64,000 bases of DNA from Candidatus Thorarchaeota archaeon (GTDB taxonomy: Archaea > Asgardarchaeota > Thorarchaeia > Thorarchaeales > Thorarchaeaceae), in contig RDOC01000001.1 of the NCBI GenBank assembly GCA_011364985.1, positions 288,001 to 352,000 on the forward strand, given 5' to 3'. The position numbers and the translations under genes were made by a program. A model generated the notes under the pieces. That model saw only the letters and a list, made by a program, of their open reading frames with translations. It was not told the DNA's origin and searched no databases. Shown piece after piece: positions 49,234 through 58,874 of this stretch (position 1 is its first letter; each line of letters starts with the position of its first letter).

Positions 49234-50118
49234 CTATAGATATACCTTCATTCGATCCTCCACCTGTTTCCGACTCGGCATGCCTATTGGACCGTGAGTC
49301 TGCGCATTAAATGAAGAACACGTTGCTCCAAAGAGGCCAGCTCTCTTCACATCACCGGTCCTTATGTACTCAAGAAGGAACCCCATAGCATACACATCTC
49401 CACTTCCGGTGGAATCCGCAGATTCAGAACCAAGAACAAGTGGTATATCCATCTGAGTGTTCCGAGTGTAGACAGTAGATCCTTTACGGCTTCGGGTCAC
49501 TAGGACAATTCGGGGACCAAGTTCCAGTATCTCTGTTACAGCTGAAAGCTCGGATTGTGCATCAAAAGCTGCACTTAGTTCTAATTCGTTGAATTTCACA
49601 ACATCCACCAGAGAAAGAATTCGTGACGGATTCTTCCATTCCTTCTCCACCACGCAGCCATCAACAATATCTCTCAGATAGCCTTGCGCATCAAGTGAAA
49701 CTAGGGGGCCACCCATGCGTGCCTTGCTATAACAACCATCATCAATGTCAGCAGCAGTCAAAGGAGAAAAATGATATATGCTGGCTCCAAGATGCTGAGG
49801 GAGAATATCCTCAGGGACAACAGGCTCGGCAATTGCCTCCACACACTGGCTTCTACCCTCAAAATCATATTCGTTGATGAAGCGTGTGCTCTTCATACCC
49901 TTTACATGTAACCCTGAAAGGTCCAACCCTGAATTCTGAAGTATCTCCAGGTAGACGTCTTCGAAATCACTGCCAATACAGCTCACAATGCCCGCCCCCA
50001 TTGCTCCCACTGCTGGCGCAATCATTGCATATGCAGGGCCGCCTCCTAATGTTTCTATTCTTGCTTCAGGCGTTACAATACAATCCCTACTCAGATGACC
50101 AATGACGACTAATTCCAC
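49234..50118 (-). CDS. PfkB/ribokinase-family carbohydrate or nucleoside kinase
   Basis: GGGPAY, LDAQGYLR, KFNELE, DSTGSGDVY. Confidence 0.88.
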   Translation of the reverse strand: MELVVIGHLSRDCIVTPEARIETLGGGPAYAMIAPAVGAMGAGIVSCIGSDFEDVYLEILQNSGLDLSGLHVKGMKSTRFINEYDFEGRSQCVEAIAEPVVPEDILPQHLGASIYHFSPLTAADIDDGCYSKARMGGPLVSLDAQGYLRDIVDGCVVEKEWKNPSRILSLVDVVKFNELELSAAFDAQSELSAVTEILELGPRIVLVTRSRKGSTVYTRNTQMDIPLVLGSESADSTGSGDVYAMGFLLEYIRTGDVKRAGLFGATCSSFNAQTHGPIGMPSRKQVEDRMKVYL

Positions 50119-50256
50119 AGAAACGACACTCCTTGGGACCTATCAGGCGGGATGCATGAAGGTGTACTCACCTATAACTTCTATCATTCGATTTCAGGTG
50201 CGGTTAGCAACGGTTAAAACAAGCATTCCACATTGTTTGAAGTTGAGTGGTCAAAT

Positions 50257-50538
50257 TTGGTTACCGTCACGGTGAAGTTCTTCGCAACGGTCCGTGAAGC
50301 TCTAGGCACCAGAAGTGTGCAAGTCGATGCGAGTACTGTCAGAGAAGTACTCGATAGACTCATAGAGCGGTTTGGCAAGGACTTCTCGGAAACGGTTATC
50401 GACCAAGAAACAGGCGACCTGAAGCGCTTCTTCTCTTGTATGGTGAATGGAAGAAGGATTGAGCTCCTTGATAGATACGATACCAAGCTAAAGGAGGGAG
50501 ATTCGATGGCTCTCTTCCCCCCCGTCGGAGGAGGCTAG
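50257..50538 (+). CDS. Ubiquitin-like sulfur carrier (MoaD/SAMP1-like); start TTG 50257 or 50233
   Basis: VKFFATVRE, VNGRRI, LKEGD, C-terminal FPPVGGG. Confidence 0.9.
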   Translation: MVTVTVKFFATVREALGTRSVQVDASTVREVLDRLIERFGKDFSETVIDQETGDLKRFFSCMVNGRRIELLDRYDTKLKEGDSMALFPPVGGG

Positions 50539-50569
50539 CCTGTAGTGCAGAACTAGGAGAGATGAAATC

Positions 50570-51928
50570 ATGTTGGATCTGGTTGTAAAAAATGCACGAC
50601 TTCTGCTTGAGTCGGGATTGATAAGAGGAGGAATAGGCGTTAAGGATGGGAAGATTGGAGTAATAGCAAGAGACGAGCATCTACCTGATGCCAACATCAT
50701 CATCGATGCAAACTCCAACATACTAATGCCAGGGCTAATTGACGGCCATGCTCACATTCATGATCCTGCAATGCTGGACCATGAAGATTTCACAACCGGA
50801 ACTCGCGCCGCAGCCGCAGGAGGAATCACAACAGTCATCGACATGCCGCTCACAAGTCAAGTCGACACTCCAATACTTGTGGATGAGAAGATATCGCAAG
50901 GGGAGTCGATTGCTATTGTCGACTTCTCGTTCTATGCTGGGATGATTAATTCGGACAATGTGCCCGCAATTCCACTACTTATTGACAAGGGCATTGCAGC
51001 GTTCAAGGCCTTTACTTGTGAACCATATTATGCAAATAACGGAGTGATTCTTCGTGCTTTGAGCGAGGTATCGGAGCAGGGAGGCCATCTCACTGTACAT
51101 GCAGAAGACCAAGGCATCATAGACGAGTTTGCCAAGGACTTCCAAGACGAGTGGGATGCCCCCGTCAGTCACGCTCTTTCCCGGCCCTTCATAGCAGAGC
51201 AATATGCAGTGAAGCAGATGATTGATATGGCCGAGCGAACAGGAGGACATCTGCATATAGCTCATGTCACAACTGCGGACGGCGTAAGAGAGATTGAGAA
51301 GGGAAAACTTAGGGGAGTAATGGTGACCACTGAAGTCTGCCCGCACCATCTTTTGTTTAACAGCGATGAGATGAATCGGCTGGGACCAAAGAGCAAGATG
51401 AACCCGCCACTCAGAAGCAAACGAGATGTTTCTGCATTATGGTCTGCACTGCTCCGAGGGATAATCGACCTTGCCGTCACTGATCATGCACCCTCACCTC
51501 TTCAGGAGAAAGAGGTAGGACGGGAGGACATTCGAAAGGCATGGTCGGGAGTAGACGGTCTACAGATGCTCCTTAGAATTCTGCTCTCAGAGGGCGTAAA
51601 CAAGGGGAGAATAACATTTGAGAAACTTCTTCGGGTGGCATCGCTTAATCCGGCAAAACTATTCGGCCTCTATCCAAGAAAGGGAGCACTTCTGGTTGGC
51701 TCAGATGCGGATTTCGTTGTCATTGACCCTGCTCTTGAAGAGACTATTGGCGAAGAAATGATGTTCTCCAAATGTGACTGGACTCTCTACGACGGAATGA
51801 AGGTAACAGGAACTCCACTCATGACCTTTGTAAGAGGCGTGCAGGTGTACGGAGATAATCGGATGCATGTGAAGCCGGGGCATGGTCAATTTCAACCAAT
51901 GAGTGGATACTCCCCAATAGGAGTGTAA
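50570..51928 (+). CDS. Cyclic amidohydrolase (allantoinase / dihydropyrimidinase / dihydroorotase family)
   Basis: IDGHAH, AAAAGGITT.IDMP, FKAF, VHAE, HIAH, EVCPHHL, KMNPPLR, TDHAP. Confidence 0.9.
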   Translation: MLDLVVKNARLLLESGLIRGGIGVKDGKIGVIARDEHLPDANIIIDANSNILMPGLIDGHAHIHDPAMLDHEDFTTGTRAAAAGGITTVIDMPLTSQVDTPILVDEKISQGESIAIVDFSFYAGMINSDNVPAIPLLIDKGIAAFKAFTCEPYYANNGVILRALSEVSEQGGHLTVHAEDQGIIDEFAKDFQDEWDAPVSHALSRPFIAEQYAVKQMIDMAERTGGHLHIAHVTTADGVREIEKGKLRGVMVTTEVCPHHLLFNSDEMNRLGPKSKMNPPLRSKRDVSALWSALLRGIIDLAVTDHAPSPLQEKEVGREDIRKAWSGVDGLQMLLRILLSEGVNKGRITFEKLLRVASLNPAKLFGLYPRKGALLVGSDADFVVIDPALEETIGEEMMFSKCDWTLYDGMKVTGTPLMTFVRGVQVYGDNRMHVKPGHGQFQPMSGYSPIGV

Positions 51929-51931
51929 TGC

Positions 51932-52423
51932 ATGACGGAACTCAAGTTTGTGTATGGTGACCCTCAGATATGCTCAGGATGCATGATTTGTGTTAACGTT
52001 TGTAGTATGTACTACTCTAAAGTTATTGGACCAGAATGGTCCAGAGTGCGAGTTGTGAGAGTTGAACCCGGACTGGATTTTCCCTTATTCTGCAGAAATT
52101 GCGAAGATGCTCCGTGCATTAGTGCATGCCCAGAAGGGGCGCTTAGTAGAACATCGAAAGGCGTTGTTATTGTAAACGATGGAAAATGTACCGGTCACGG
52201 CGAGTGTGTAAAGGCTTGTCCCTATAATGCGATAAGGATCAACCGAGACACAGGAAAGGCAATCAAGTGCATTCATTGTGGTCAATGTGTAGAGAGATGT
52301 CCAGCAGATGCCATATGGATCACTACAGAAGCAGAGCTCTCCGAGAAAGATGCAGACGGAAGAATGGCAAGATTGTATGAAGACCATAAGGAGGAGCTCT
52401 ATGGAAGGGAGAAATCAGCATGA
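51932..52423 (+). CDS. 4x[4Fe-4S] electron-transfer subunit (WorS-like)
   Basis: CSGCMICVNVC, CRNC..APCISACP, CTGHGECVKACP (one Cys replaced by His), KCIHCGQCVERCP. Confidence 0.9.
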   Translation: MTELKFVYGDPQICSGCMICVNVCSMYYSKVIGPEWSRVRVVRVEPGLDFPLFCRNCEDAPCISACPEGALSRTSKGVVIVNDGKCTGHGECVKACPYNAIRINRDTGKAIKCIHCGQCVERCPADAIWITTEAELSEKDADGRMARLYEDHKEELYGREKSA

Positions 52424-54300
52424 TAAGAGGAATTGGAGGACAGATTCTTTGGGTTGATCTCACAAAAGGACGAATAGACAAGAAACCAGTCGACGAGGAC
52501 TTGGTCGAGAAGTACTTGCTCGGGGCAGGATTTCTTTCTAGAATGCTCTTTGATATGATTCCCCTTGGTATTGACCCCTTCTCTCCAAAAAACGTTCTTG
52601 GCATTGCCACCGGTCTATTAACTGCATCAATGTTCCCGCAGTCATCTCGACACGTTGTGGCTGGACTCTCCCCACTGACAGAGATCTGGGGAGAAAGCCA
52701 TGCGGCGGGGTTTTGGGGACCGGAATTGAAACTAGCAGGATATGATGCCATCATGTTCTTGGGTGCATCAAAGGACCCTGTATACTTGAATATTGAAAAT
52801 GACAAGGTAGACCTTCTTGATGCATCTCACATTTGGGGAGCTGATGTCTTCGAAACAGATGACTGGCTTAGAGAGAAGCATGGGAAGAGGACACGTACAC
52901 TTGGTATCGGGCAGGCCGGAGAGAACCTTGTGCGATTTGCCGCCATTATGAACGACCGTGACAGGGCTTCAGCGCGCGCGGGCCTAGGAGCAGTGATGGG
53001 CTCCAAGAATGTCAAAGCAGTTGCAGTACGCGGCACTGGGAAAATAGAGGTTGCAGATTCAAAGAACTACCTTAAGCAGATGGACATATTCTTTGACCGA
53101 ATGCTTGCAAACCCCTTCACGAAAGAGAGGGTCAAATACGGTACAACAAACCTTCTAGAACTGATGAACCACATTGGGCGCTTGCCGACCTACAATATGA
53201 AACAAGGAGTCTTTGAGAAATACGAAAAGATCAGCGGAGAAACAATCACGCAGCACTACTTGGTGAAGCCTCGCGCTGACTGGAACTGCTTGCAGAGATG
53301 CGGCAGGTACACTAGAGTAAAGACAGGCCCCTACAAGTATATTGGAGGATCTCCCGAATTTGAGTCTCAATCATCGTTGGGATCAAGATGTGGGAATGCC
53401 AACATAGAGTCGATACTGTATACGCACCACCTTGCCAATATGTATGGGATGGATACCATTTCTCTGGGCGCAACAATCTCATGGGCGATGGAGGCATGGG
53501 ACGAGGGGCTTCTAACAGGCGAGGATACGGGAGGAATAGACCTCTCTTGGGGCAACCACGAAACCATTGTGAAGTTGACAGAGATGATTGCACTCCGGGA
53601 AGGCTTCGGAAACATCTTGGCTGAAGGGAGTGAAAGAGCTGCTGCAAGAATTGGACGCGGGACTGAGGAGTTCGTAATGACTGTCAAGAAACAGGAGATT
53701 GCAGGACAGGAGCCAAGAGCACAAAAGTCGATGGGGCTCGCAGCTGTCACTGCAGCCCGAGGAGCAGATCATCTGTATGCATTCCCTGTTCTCGATGAAG
53801 CAGGATTTGATGTGGAAATCAAGAAGAGGTTTGGCAACGAATACTTACCTGAGATAGCAGACCGTCTAAATCCCAAATTCAAGGGGGTAATGGTAAAAGA
53901 ATGTGAGGATTATATGGTCGTGATTGAAAGCCTAGGTCTATGCAAATACGGGACACAAATTCCTCCCGAATTCTATTATGAAGATGTGGCGGCCGCACTA
54001 AGAGTTCACAACGGGTTGAATTTGTCCAAACAGGACCTGAAGACTATTGGAGAAAGGATTGTTAATCTGAATCGACTCTTCAATGTTGCACGAGGAGTGA
54101 CAAGGAAGGACGACTCGCTTCCGGACAGACTGACCAAAGAGCCGTCCCCTGTTGGCCCTCCTAAAGGGCAGGTGGTAGAGTTGGACGATATGCTCAGCGA
54201 GTACTACGAGCATAGGGGTTGGGATGTTGAAACTGGTATTCCTCTTCCAGAAACCCTCAAGTGCTTGGGTCTCGAGAAGGACTGGAAGGAACTCCTTTAG
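52420..54300 (+). CDS. aor: Second AOR/WOR-family large subunit (Asp in place of the first cluster Cys)
   Basis: SPLTEIWGESHAAG, IGQAGEN, GLGAVMGSKNVK, ADWNCLQRC, PEFES, GMDTIS, RGADH, LCKY. Confidence 0.9.
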   Translation: MIRGIGGQILWVDLTKGRIDKKPVDEDLVEKYLLGAGFLSRMLFDMIPLGIDPFSPKNVLGIATGLLTASMFPQSSRHVVAGLSPLTEIWGESHAAGFWGPELKLAGYDAIMFLGASKDPVYLNIENDKVDLLDASHIWGADVFETDDWLREKHGKRTRTLGIGQAGENLVRFAAIMNDRDRASARAGLGAVMGSKNVKAVAVRGTGKIEVADSKNYLKQMDIFFDRMLANPFTKERVKYGTTNLLELMNHIGRLPTYNMKQGVFEKYEKISGETITQHYLVKPRADWNCLQRCGRYTRVKTGPYKYIGGSPEFESQSSLGSRCGNANIESILYTHHLANMYGMDTISLGATISWAMEAWDEGLLTGEDTGGIDLSWGNHETIVKLTEMIALREGFGNILAEGSERAAARIGRGTEEFVMTVKKQEIAGQEPRAQKSMGLAAVTAARGADHLYAFPVLDEAGFDVEIKKRFGNEYLPEIADRLNPKFKGVMVKECEDYMVVIESLGLCKYGTQIPPEFYYEDVAAALRVHNGLNLSKQDLKTIGERIVNLNRLFNVARGVTRKDDSLPDRLTKEPSPVGPPKGQVVELDDMLSEYYEHRGWDVETGIPLPETLKCLGLEKDWKELL

Positions 54301-54324
54301 GAAAGAATGAAAGGTGGAATCTTA

Positions 54325-54828
54325 ATGGTATTGCACAAGTTTCAGCAGAAGATGGACATAACGGTATACGACCACTATAGAGCAGTGGTTGCAGAACTGG
54401 TGTCACTTATCCGTGAATTGGAGAACAGCATTGGCAAGGAGATGACTCACCAAATCATCTCGAAGTGGGCAGAGACCAATGCAATTGCAAACATCAAGAA
54501 TGTGATGGCAGCTGAAGACACTGCCATCAATTCCTTCGAAGATGTGAAGTTACTCCTTAGAAAATGGATTACGCACCTAGACGAGAGCATGGAAACTGTC
54601 AGTATTACAGAAGAAACCTCACGCAAATCAGTCTGTATCGTTACCGAATGCATGTATGGAAAGATCTTCAACGATTTGGATGCAGCAGACCTAGGATACC
54701 TTCTGCACTGCAAGCATGACTTCGCGGCTACTCCTGGAATTCATCAAAATCTGAGATTGAAGCGGGACAAAACCGTAATGCAAGGTCACGACTGCTGCGA
54801 TTTTGAATACTACTGGAAGGAAGAATAG
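54325..54828 (+). CDS. L-2-amino-thiazoline-4-carboxylate hydrolase-like (V4R-related) protein; start 54325 or 54307
   Basis: VTECMY...LGYLLHCKHD...LKRDKTVMQGHDCCDFEY. Confidence 0.78.
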   Translation: MVLHKFQQKMDITVYDHYRAVVAELVSLIRELENSIGKEMTHQIISKWAETNAIANIKNVMAAEDTAINSFEDVKLLLRKWITHLDESMETVSITEETSRKSVCIVTECMYGKIFNDLDAADLGYLLHCKHDFAATPGIHQNLRLKRDKTVMQGHDCCDFEYYWKEE

Positions 54829-54835
54829 CGGGAAA

Positions 54836-55189
54836 CTAGACCCATTCACCAGTTCTGCCATGCCTTGCTCTCATAGGTTCTATACTAAAATCGATATTCT
54901 CTGTCTCACAGAAATTTAGAATACGAATCATGAGTTTGTAGTCCATCTCGTACACAAGCTGTCCGGTTGCAGCTGAGCATTGAACTTCTATTGTGTTGTC
55001 TTCCTCCGACAGAATCTCTGCAGTGAACTCGCTTCCTAGTACTTCCTTGCCAAGACCTAGTACGGCATTTCGTATCTCGGCCGCACCCATTGAAAGTTGA
55101 TAACCATAGCGTGGTCTGAAGGTGTACACACGGCGGCTAAAGACTTCCGACACGAGCAAATCACTCCTAATCACATGCTGCACAGACAT
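54836..55189 (-). CDS. Hypothetical protein
   Basis: 117-aa ORF overlapping the end of the Lrp-domain gene, with plausible protein composition. Confidence 0.55.
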   Translation of the reverse strand: MSVQHVIRSDLLVSEVFSRRVYTFRPRYGYQLSMGAAEIRNAVLGLGKEVLGSEFTAEILSEEDNTIEVQCSAATGQLVYEMDYKLMIRILNFCETENIDFSIEPMRARHGRTGEWV

Positions 55190-55412
55190 TCGTCACTGTG
55201 TCCTTTACTCCGTCCACTTTCCGCAACGTATCCACAACAAATGCACTAAGGGCTTCAGGTGTCTTGAAATTGCATTTTATCAGCAAGTCATAAGCACCAT
55301 AGATAAGATGTGCCTCTTCAACCTCATCTAGTGCCCGCACCTTATCCAATATCTCACGAGCCTTTGCAGACTCAATCTTAGCCATGATATATGCTACAAT
55401 CATTGCTGTCAC
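55167..55412 (-). CDS. Stand-alone Lrp/AsnC ligand-binding (RAM) domain protein
   Basis: AYIM...EVEEAHLIYGAYDLLIK...LRKVDGVKDTVT; no HTH. Confidence 0.88.
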   Translation of the reverse strand: MTAMIVAYIMAKIESAKAREILDKVRALDEVEEAHLIYGAYDLLIKCNFKTPEALSAFVVDTLRKVDGVKDTVTNVCAACD

Positions 55413-55547
55413 CCAGAAAATACATCAACCAGCCTTTTCTTATCCAATGACAACATAAATCTGCCCCTTTGGAAGTGTCATTGGTTTTCGGAATCAGCTC
55501 TTGAGTATCTTCGATGCTCGTTTTGGGTCTGTTTCTTTGAGCACTAG

Positions 55548-58448
55548 TCACTCCAAATACAAAGAGACTCGGCCAGGGAGAGAGAAGCGTGCCTTGCTTT
55601 GTGGGTCGTATTTTGCATCTTCGGCCTTGTGCACCTCGACCTTCAGACCGAGTTCTTTGCTGATGTAATTTGAAGAATCTCTTAACATCGATATCTCGTC
55701 TTTTGCAGTCGTCGAATGATCCCATAAGCCATTCTCTTTAGCAATTCGGTCAACTATGTTCTTCACTTCTTTGCCATGTTTGCGAAATTCGTCCTTGGAC
55801 ATTAGATGCTTCATGATGTCACCAACGATCATTGGCAGATCGGCATCACGAATGCTGTTCATGGCTTCGAACATCCAGCTAGGGGCCACGTAGATATGAA
55901 CTGTCTTGTGCTGTTTGTCTCTCTTGAGCTTTAGAATCTCTCTTATGTCACTGATTGTGGATTCAACAACAACATGTGCTCTTTCAGCTGCAAGATCAAT
56001 CAATGCCTTATCTAATCTCGGCCATTCCGCCAGTGAAACATAGTCCTCATGCCCCATCTTGGACCAGTATTCTTCACAAAGGTGTGGTATCATTGGTGCC
56101 AGCATACGAACCCATTTGTCACAGATGTAAGCCATTGTAGATTCCAGTTCTTCCTTCGGTACTTCTGTTCGGTTTTGATAGTGATTGACAATACGGATCA
56201 TCTCGTGCATTGCAGTAATCGCATAATCCCGTATTCGAAAGCTCTCCAAGTATTCAGTACAGTCCCGAACGATGGAATTTACTCGGGACAACGCCCATTT
56301 TGTGATTTCGGACCTTTTCGCCTTCTTGGATGGGACTTCTGGTGTATACTTCGAGTACTTCCTCATGATATCACTGAATTGGCGCAATCGATTTCTGACA
56401 GCAGGCACGTCCCGTTCACGCCAGTCCATAATACTGGCAGGCTCGGCTGCAGATACCACATAGGTCCTGAATACGTCTGCTCCATATTTATCGGGAATCT
56501 CAACCAGTGGGATTGTATTTCCCTTGCTTTTTGACATCTTCCCGCCTTCCATATTCATGTGCTCATTTAGGCTGATGCATTGAATCCAGTCCTTCTTTGG
56601 GAATATAGCAACGTGATGGAAGATGGCAAAGCTCAGATGATTTGAGATATGAGAGGGTGCCGTGTGACGCTGGTCGTTTGGATACCAGTACTTGAACTCA
56701 TCACGCATTATCTTTAGCAGTTCTTCAGATATACCGCTTTCCTCGACAACCTTCTTTGCTGTACCTTTGCCTAGGAAGACATAGTCAAAGAAGTTCATTA
56801 TCAGCTGCTTCGGCCTAATCTTGTTCTTAGTCAAATGATGGGCAATGGTGTAGAAGGCCATATAGATAGTTGAATCCGAGAGAGACTCGATAATCCACTC
56901 CTCATCAAATGGTAATTTGGTCCCAACCCCACGCTTTCGGGCACAGGGACGCTGCGTTAACCAGTTGAAGGTTGACTCGAACAGATTCCTGAACAACTCA
57001 GGAACTATGTCCATCTCATTTAACGCTTCCCACGCCTTGTCCTTCCAGCCGGGACTCTCATAGTCTAGAAACCATTGACCTGCAAATACTCCAACCTGAA
57101 CATCGGCACCACATTTGCAAACGACGGGACGTTGGTCAGGTTCGTAGAAGACATCCACTCGATTAATGGATTTCATCCACTCAATAACTTCTTCCTTGAC
57201 ATCCCTGATGGGCCTCCCAGAGAACTGAGCGCAATTATCCTTCATCACGCCTTCATAGAACTCGGCCTTGTAGATTTCTTGTGTCGCATCTTCAAGCTTC
57301 TCGTCCTCATTTTGGGAGTTGATGCCTCTCTTCTCGACTGCGTCCTTTGCGGGGTACTCAGAGTATCCCTTGATGTCAATCATACTGATAATATCTATTC
57401 CACGGACTGCCTCTGGCGAGATTCCATACTTATCCAGGCCTGATGGATCTTCCTGCAAGTCAAGGAGAGCAATGTAGTCAAATGGAGCATGGCCCGGAAC
57501 AGAGTAGACCACTCCTGTTGCATTATTGACATCAACGAACTCAGCTGGCAGGATAGGAATCTCATGCGAATCGTGAATAGCGCGGAATGTCTTCCCGATT
57601 ATTCTGGACCCGGAGAAGGATTCCAGAGTCTTTACATCTTTGGCTTGAAGCCGTAGCTTCTCACATGCGGGCTTTGAAACAATCCACTTCTCGCCGTCAA
57701 CCTCAGCCCAGACATATTCCTTATCGGGATGAATCCACATATTCGTGACACCAAAAATGGTCTCAGGGCGTAGTGTAGCCGCAACCAAGAAGCCATCTTC
57801 AAATGGCCATTTAATAGCAGTGAATTCCTTTACCTTGGCAGAGGTTCCTTCTAGCAAGTCATCCTCACCAACAGGATTTTGGTCCTTTGGACAATAGAGC
57901 AAGGGATAGTTGCCTTGCTTCAGGTATCCCTTATCCATGAACTTGTGATACTGCCATGTGATGAATTCATTATAGATTGGATCGCCTGTCGTGAAATGTC
58001 GTCTCCAGTCTATGCTGTAACCAAGAGCATCGAAGTCTTGATGGATGACCTTGGCAAAGAAAGCAGCAGTCTTCCAAGCGTCAGTGAATTTCATCAATTG
58101 AGCATCTACTTCTTCTTCGGTCTTGAAGTATAGACGCAAATCTCTCTTGTACTGCTCTATTGCCATCTTGTCCCCTGCTTTGATCCTGTCCACCATTCCC
58201 TGAACTGGAGTCCCAGTCATATGGGACGCCATGGGGAATAGGACATTGAAGCCTCTCATTCGTTTGTATCGAGCGAGCAAGTCACCAACTGTGTATGTTC
58301 GACCGTGGCCAATGTGAAGTGATCCGTTGACATATGGATAGGGAACAGTCAGAAAGAACTTCTTCTTCGAATCCGGATTGGCCTCAAAGACATGGTCTTT
58401 GCTCCACTTCTTCTGCCACTTCTTCTCGATTTTGGCGAACTCACTCAT
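55548..58448 (-). CDS. leuS: Leucine--tRNA ligase, archaeal/eukaryote type (ATG 58448; ORF extends to 58463)
   Basis: PYPYVNGSLHIGH, YSIDWRR, ATLRPET, SVPGHAPFD, IESLSDSTIY, KMSKSKGN. Confidence 0.97.
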   Translation of the reverse strand: MSEFAKIEKKWQKKWSKDHVFEANPDSKKKFFLTVPYPYVNGSLHIGHGRTYTVGDLLARYKRMRGFNVLFPMASHMTGTPVQGMVDRIKAGDKMAIEQYKRDLRLYFKTEEEVDAQLMKFTDAWKTAAFFAKVIHQDFDALGYSIDWRRHFTTGDPIYNEFITWQYHKFMDKGYLKQGNYPLLYCPKDQNPVGEDDLLEGTSAKVKEFTAIKWPFEDGFLVAATLRPETIFGVTNMWIHPDKEYVWAEVDGEKWIVSKPACEKLRLQAKDVKTLESFSGSRIIGKTFRAIHDSHEIPILPAEFVDVNNATGVVYSVPGHAPFDYIALLDLQEDPSGLDKYGISPEAVRGIDIISMIDIKGYSEYPAKDAVEKRGINSQNEDEKLEDATQEIYKAEFYEGVMKDNCAQFSGRPIRDVKEEVIEWMKSINRVDVFYEPDQRPVVCKCGADVQVGVFAGQWFLDYESPGWKDKAWEALNEMDIVPELFRNLFESTFNWLTQRPCARKRGVGTKLPFDEEWIIESLSDSTIYMAFYTIAHHLTKNKIRPKQLIMNFFDYVFLGKGTAKKVVEESGISEELLKIMRDEFKYWYPNDQRHTAPSHISNHLSFAIFHHVAIFPKKDWIQCISLNEHMNMEGGKMSKSKGNTIPLVEIPDKYGADVFRTYVVSAAEPASIMDWRERDVPAVRNRLRQFSDIMRKYSKYTPEVPSKKAKRSEITKWALSRVNSIVRDCTEYLESFRIRDYAITAMHEMIRIVNHYQNRTEVPKEELESTMAYICDKWVRMLAPMIPHLCEEYWSKMGHEDYVSLAEWPRLDKALIDLAAERAHVVVESTISDIREILKLKRDKQHKTVHIYVAPSWMFEAMNSIRDADLPMIVGDIMKHLMSKDEFRKHGKEVKNIVDRIAKENGLWDHSTTAKDEISMLRDSSNYISKELGLKVEVHKAEDAKYDPQSKARFSLPGRVSLYLE

Positions 58449-58617
58449 CTTGAATAGCCTCAACTAATTCTAAAGAACCACAGGAGCCAAAATCAATGCC
58501 CTCTATAAAGGACACGCAAAAGCAGCATCTGTCAATAGACGAGAACGCAATCCATCCTGGCTCACTCTTCCTTTTCTTCAGGTTGGAAGTCCCTTATTAG
58601 AGCTGTGGTTAACTTGA

Positions 58618-58797
58618 ATGGACCATCTGGTGTCTCGCAAACGATGTATGTTCAATAGATGCGGCAAGAATTGTGGATTCTGCTATGGGCCTTGTCCTCG
58701 TCATCATCCTTCGGGCAATCTGAATCAGTTTGCAGAAGCATCAGCCAAAGATGTGATGTATGATGAGATATTTCCAAATGGGCGTTTCGCCTTTTGA
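58618..58797 (+). CDS. Small Cys/His-rich protein (59 aa), below the ORF-track cut-off
   Basis: MDHLVSRKRCMFNRCGKNCGFCYGPCPRHHPSGNLNQFAEASAKDVMYDEIFPNGRFAF; TATA-like TTATTA at 58594-58599. Confidence 0.55.
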   Translation: MDHLVSRKRCMFNRCGKNCGFCYGPCPRHHPSGNLNQFAEASAKDVMYDEIFPNGRFAF

Positions 58798-58874
58798 GAG
58801 ACCCCGGTTCTCATCTTGTAGAGATTGAAAGCAAAGAGCTGAAAAGGAGCGGATAATTCACGCTGTCTGATTCT

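Noticed and set aside
55440-55490. SECIS-like AUGA...AAA...GA on the minus strand
   Set aside because: The helix is too short, and no gene with a credible in-frame UGA was found nearby.
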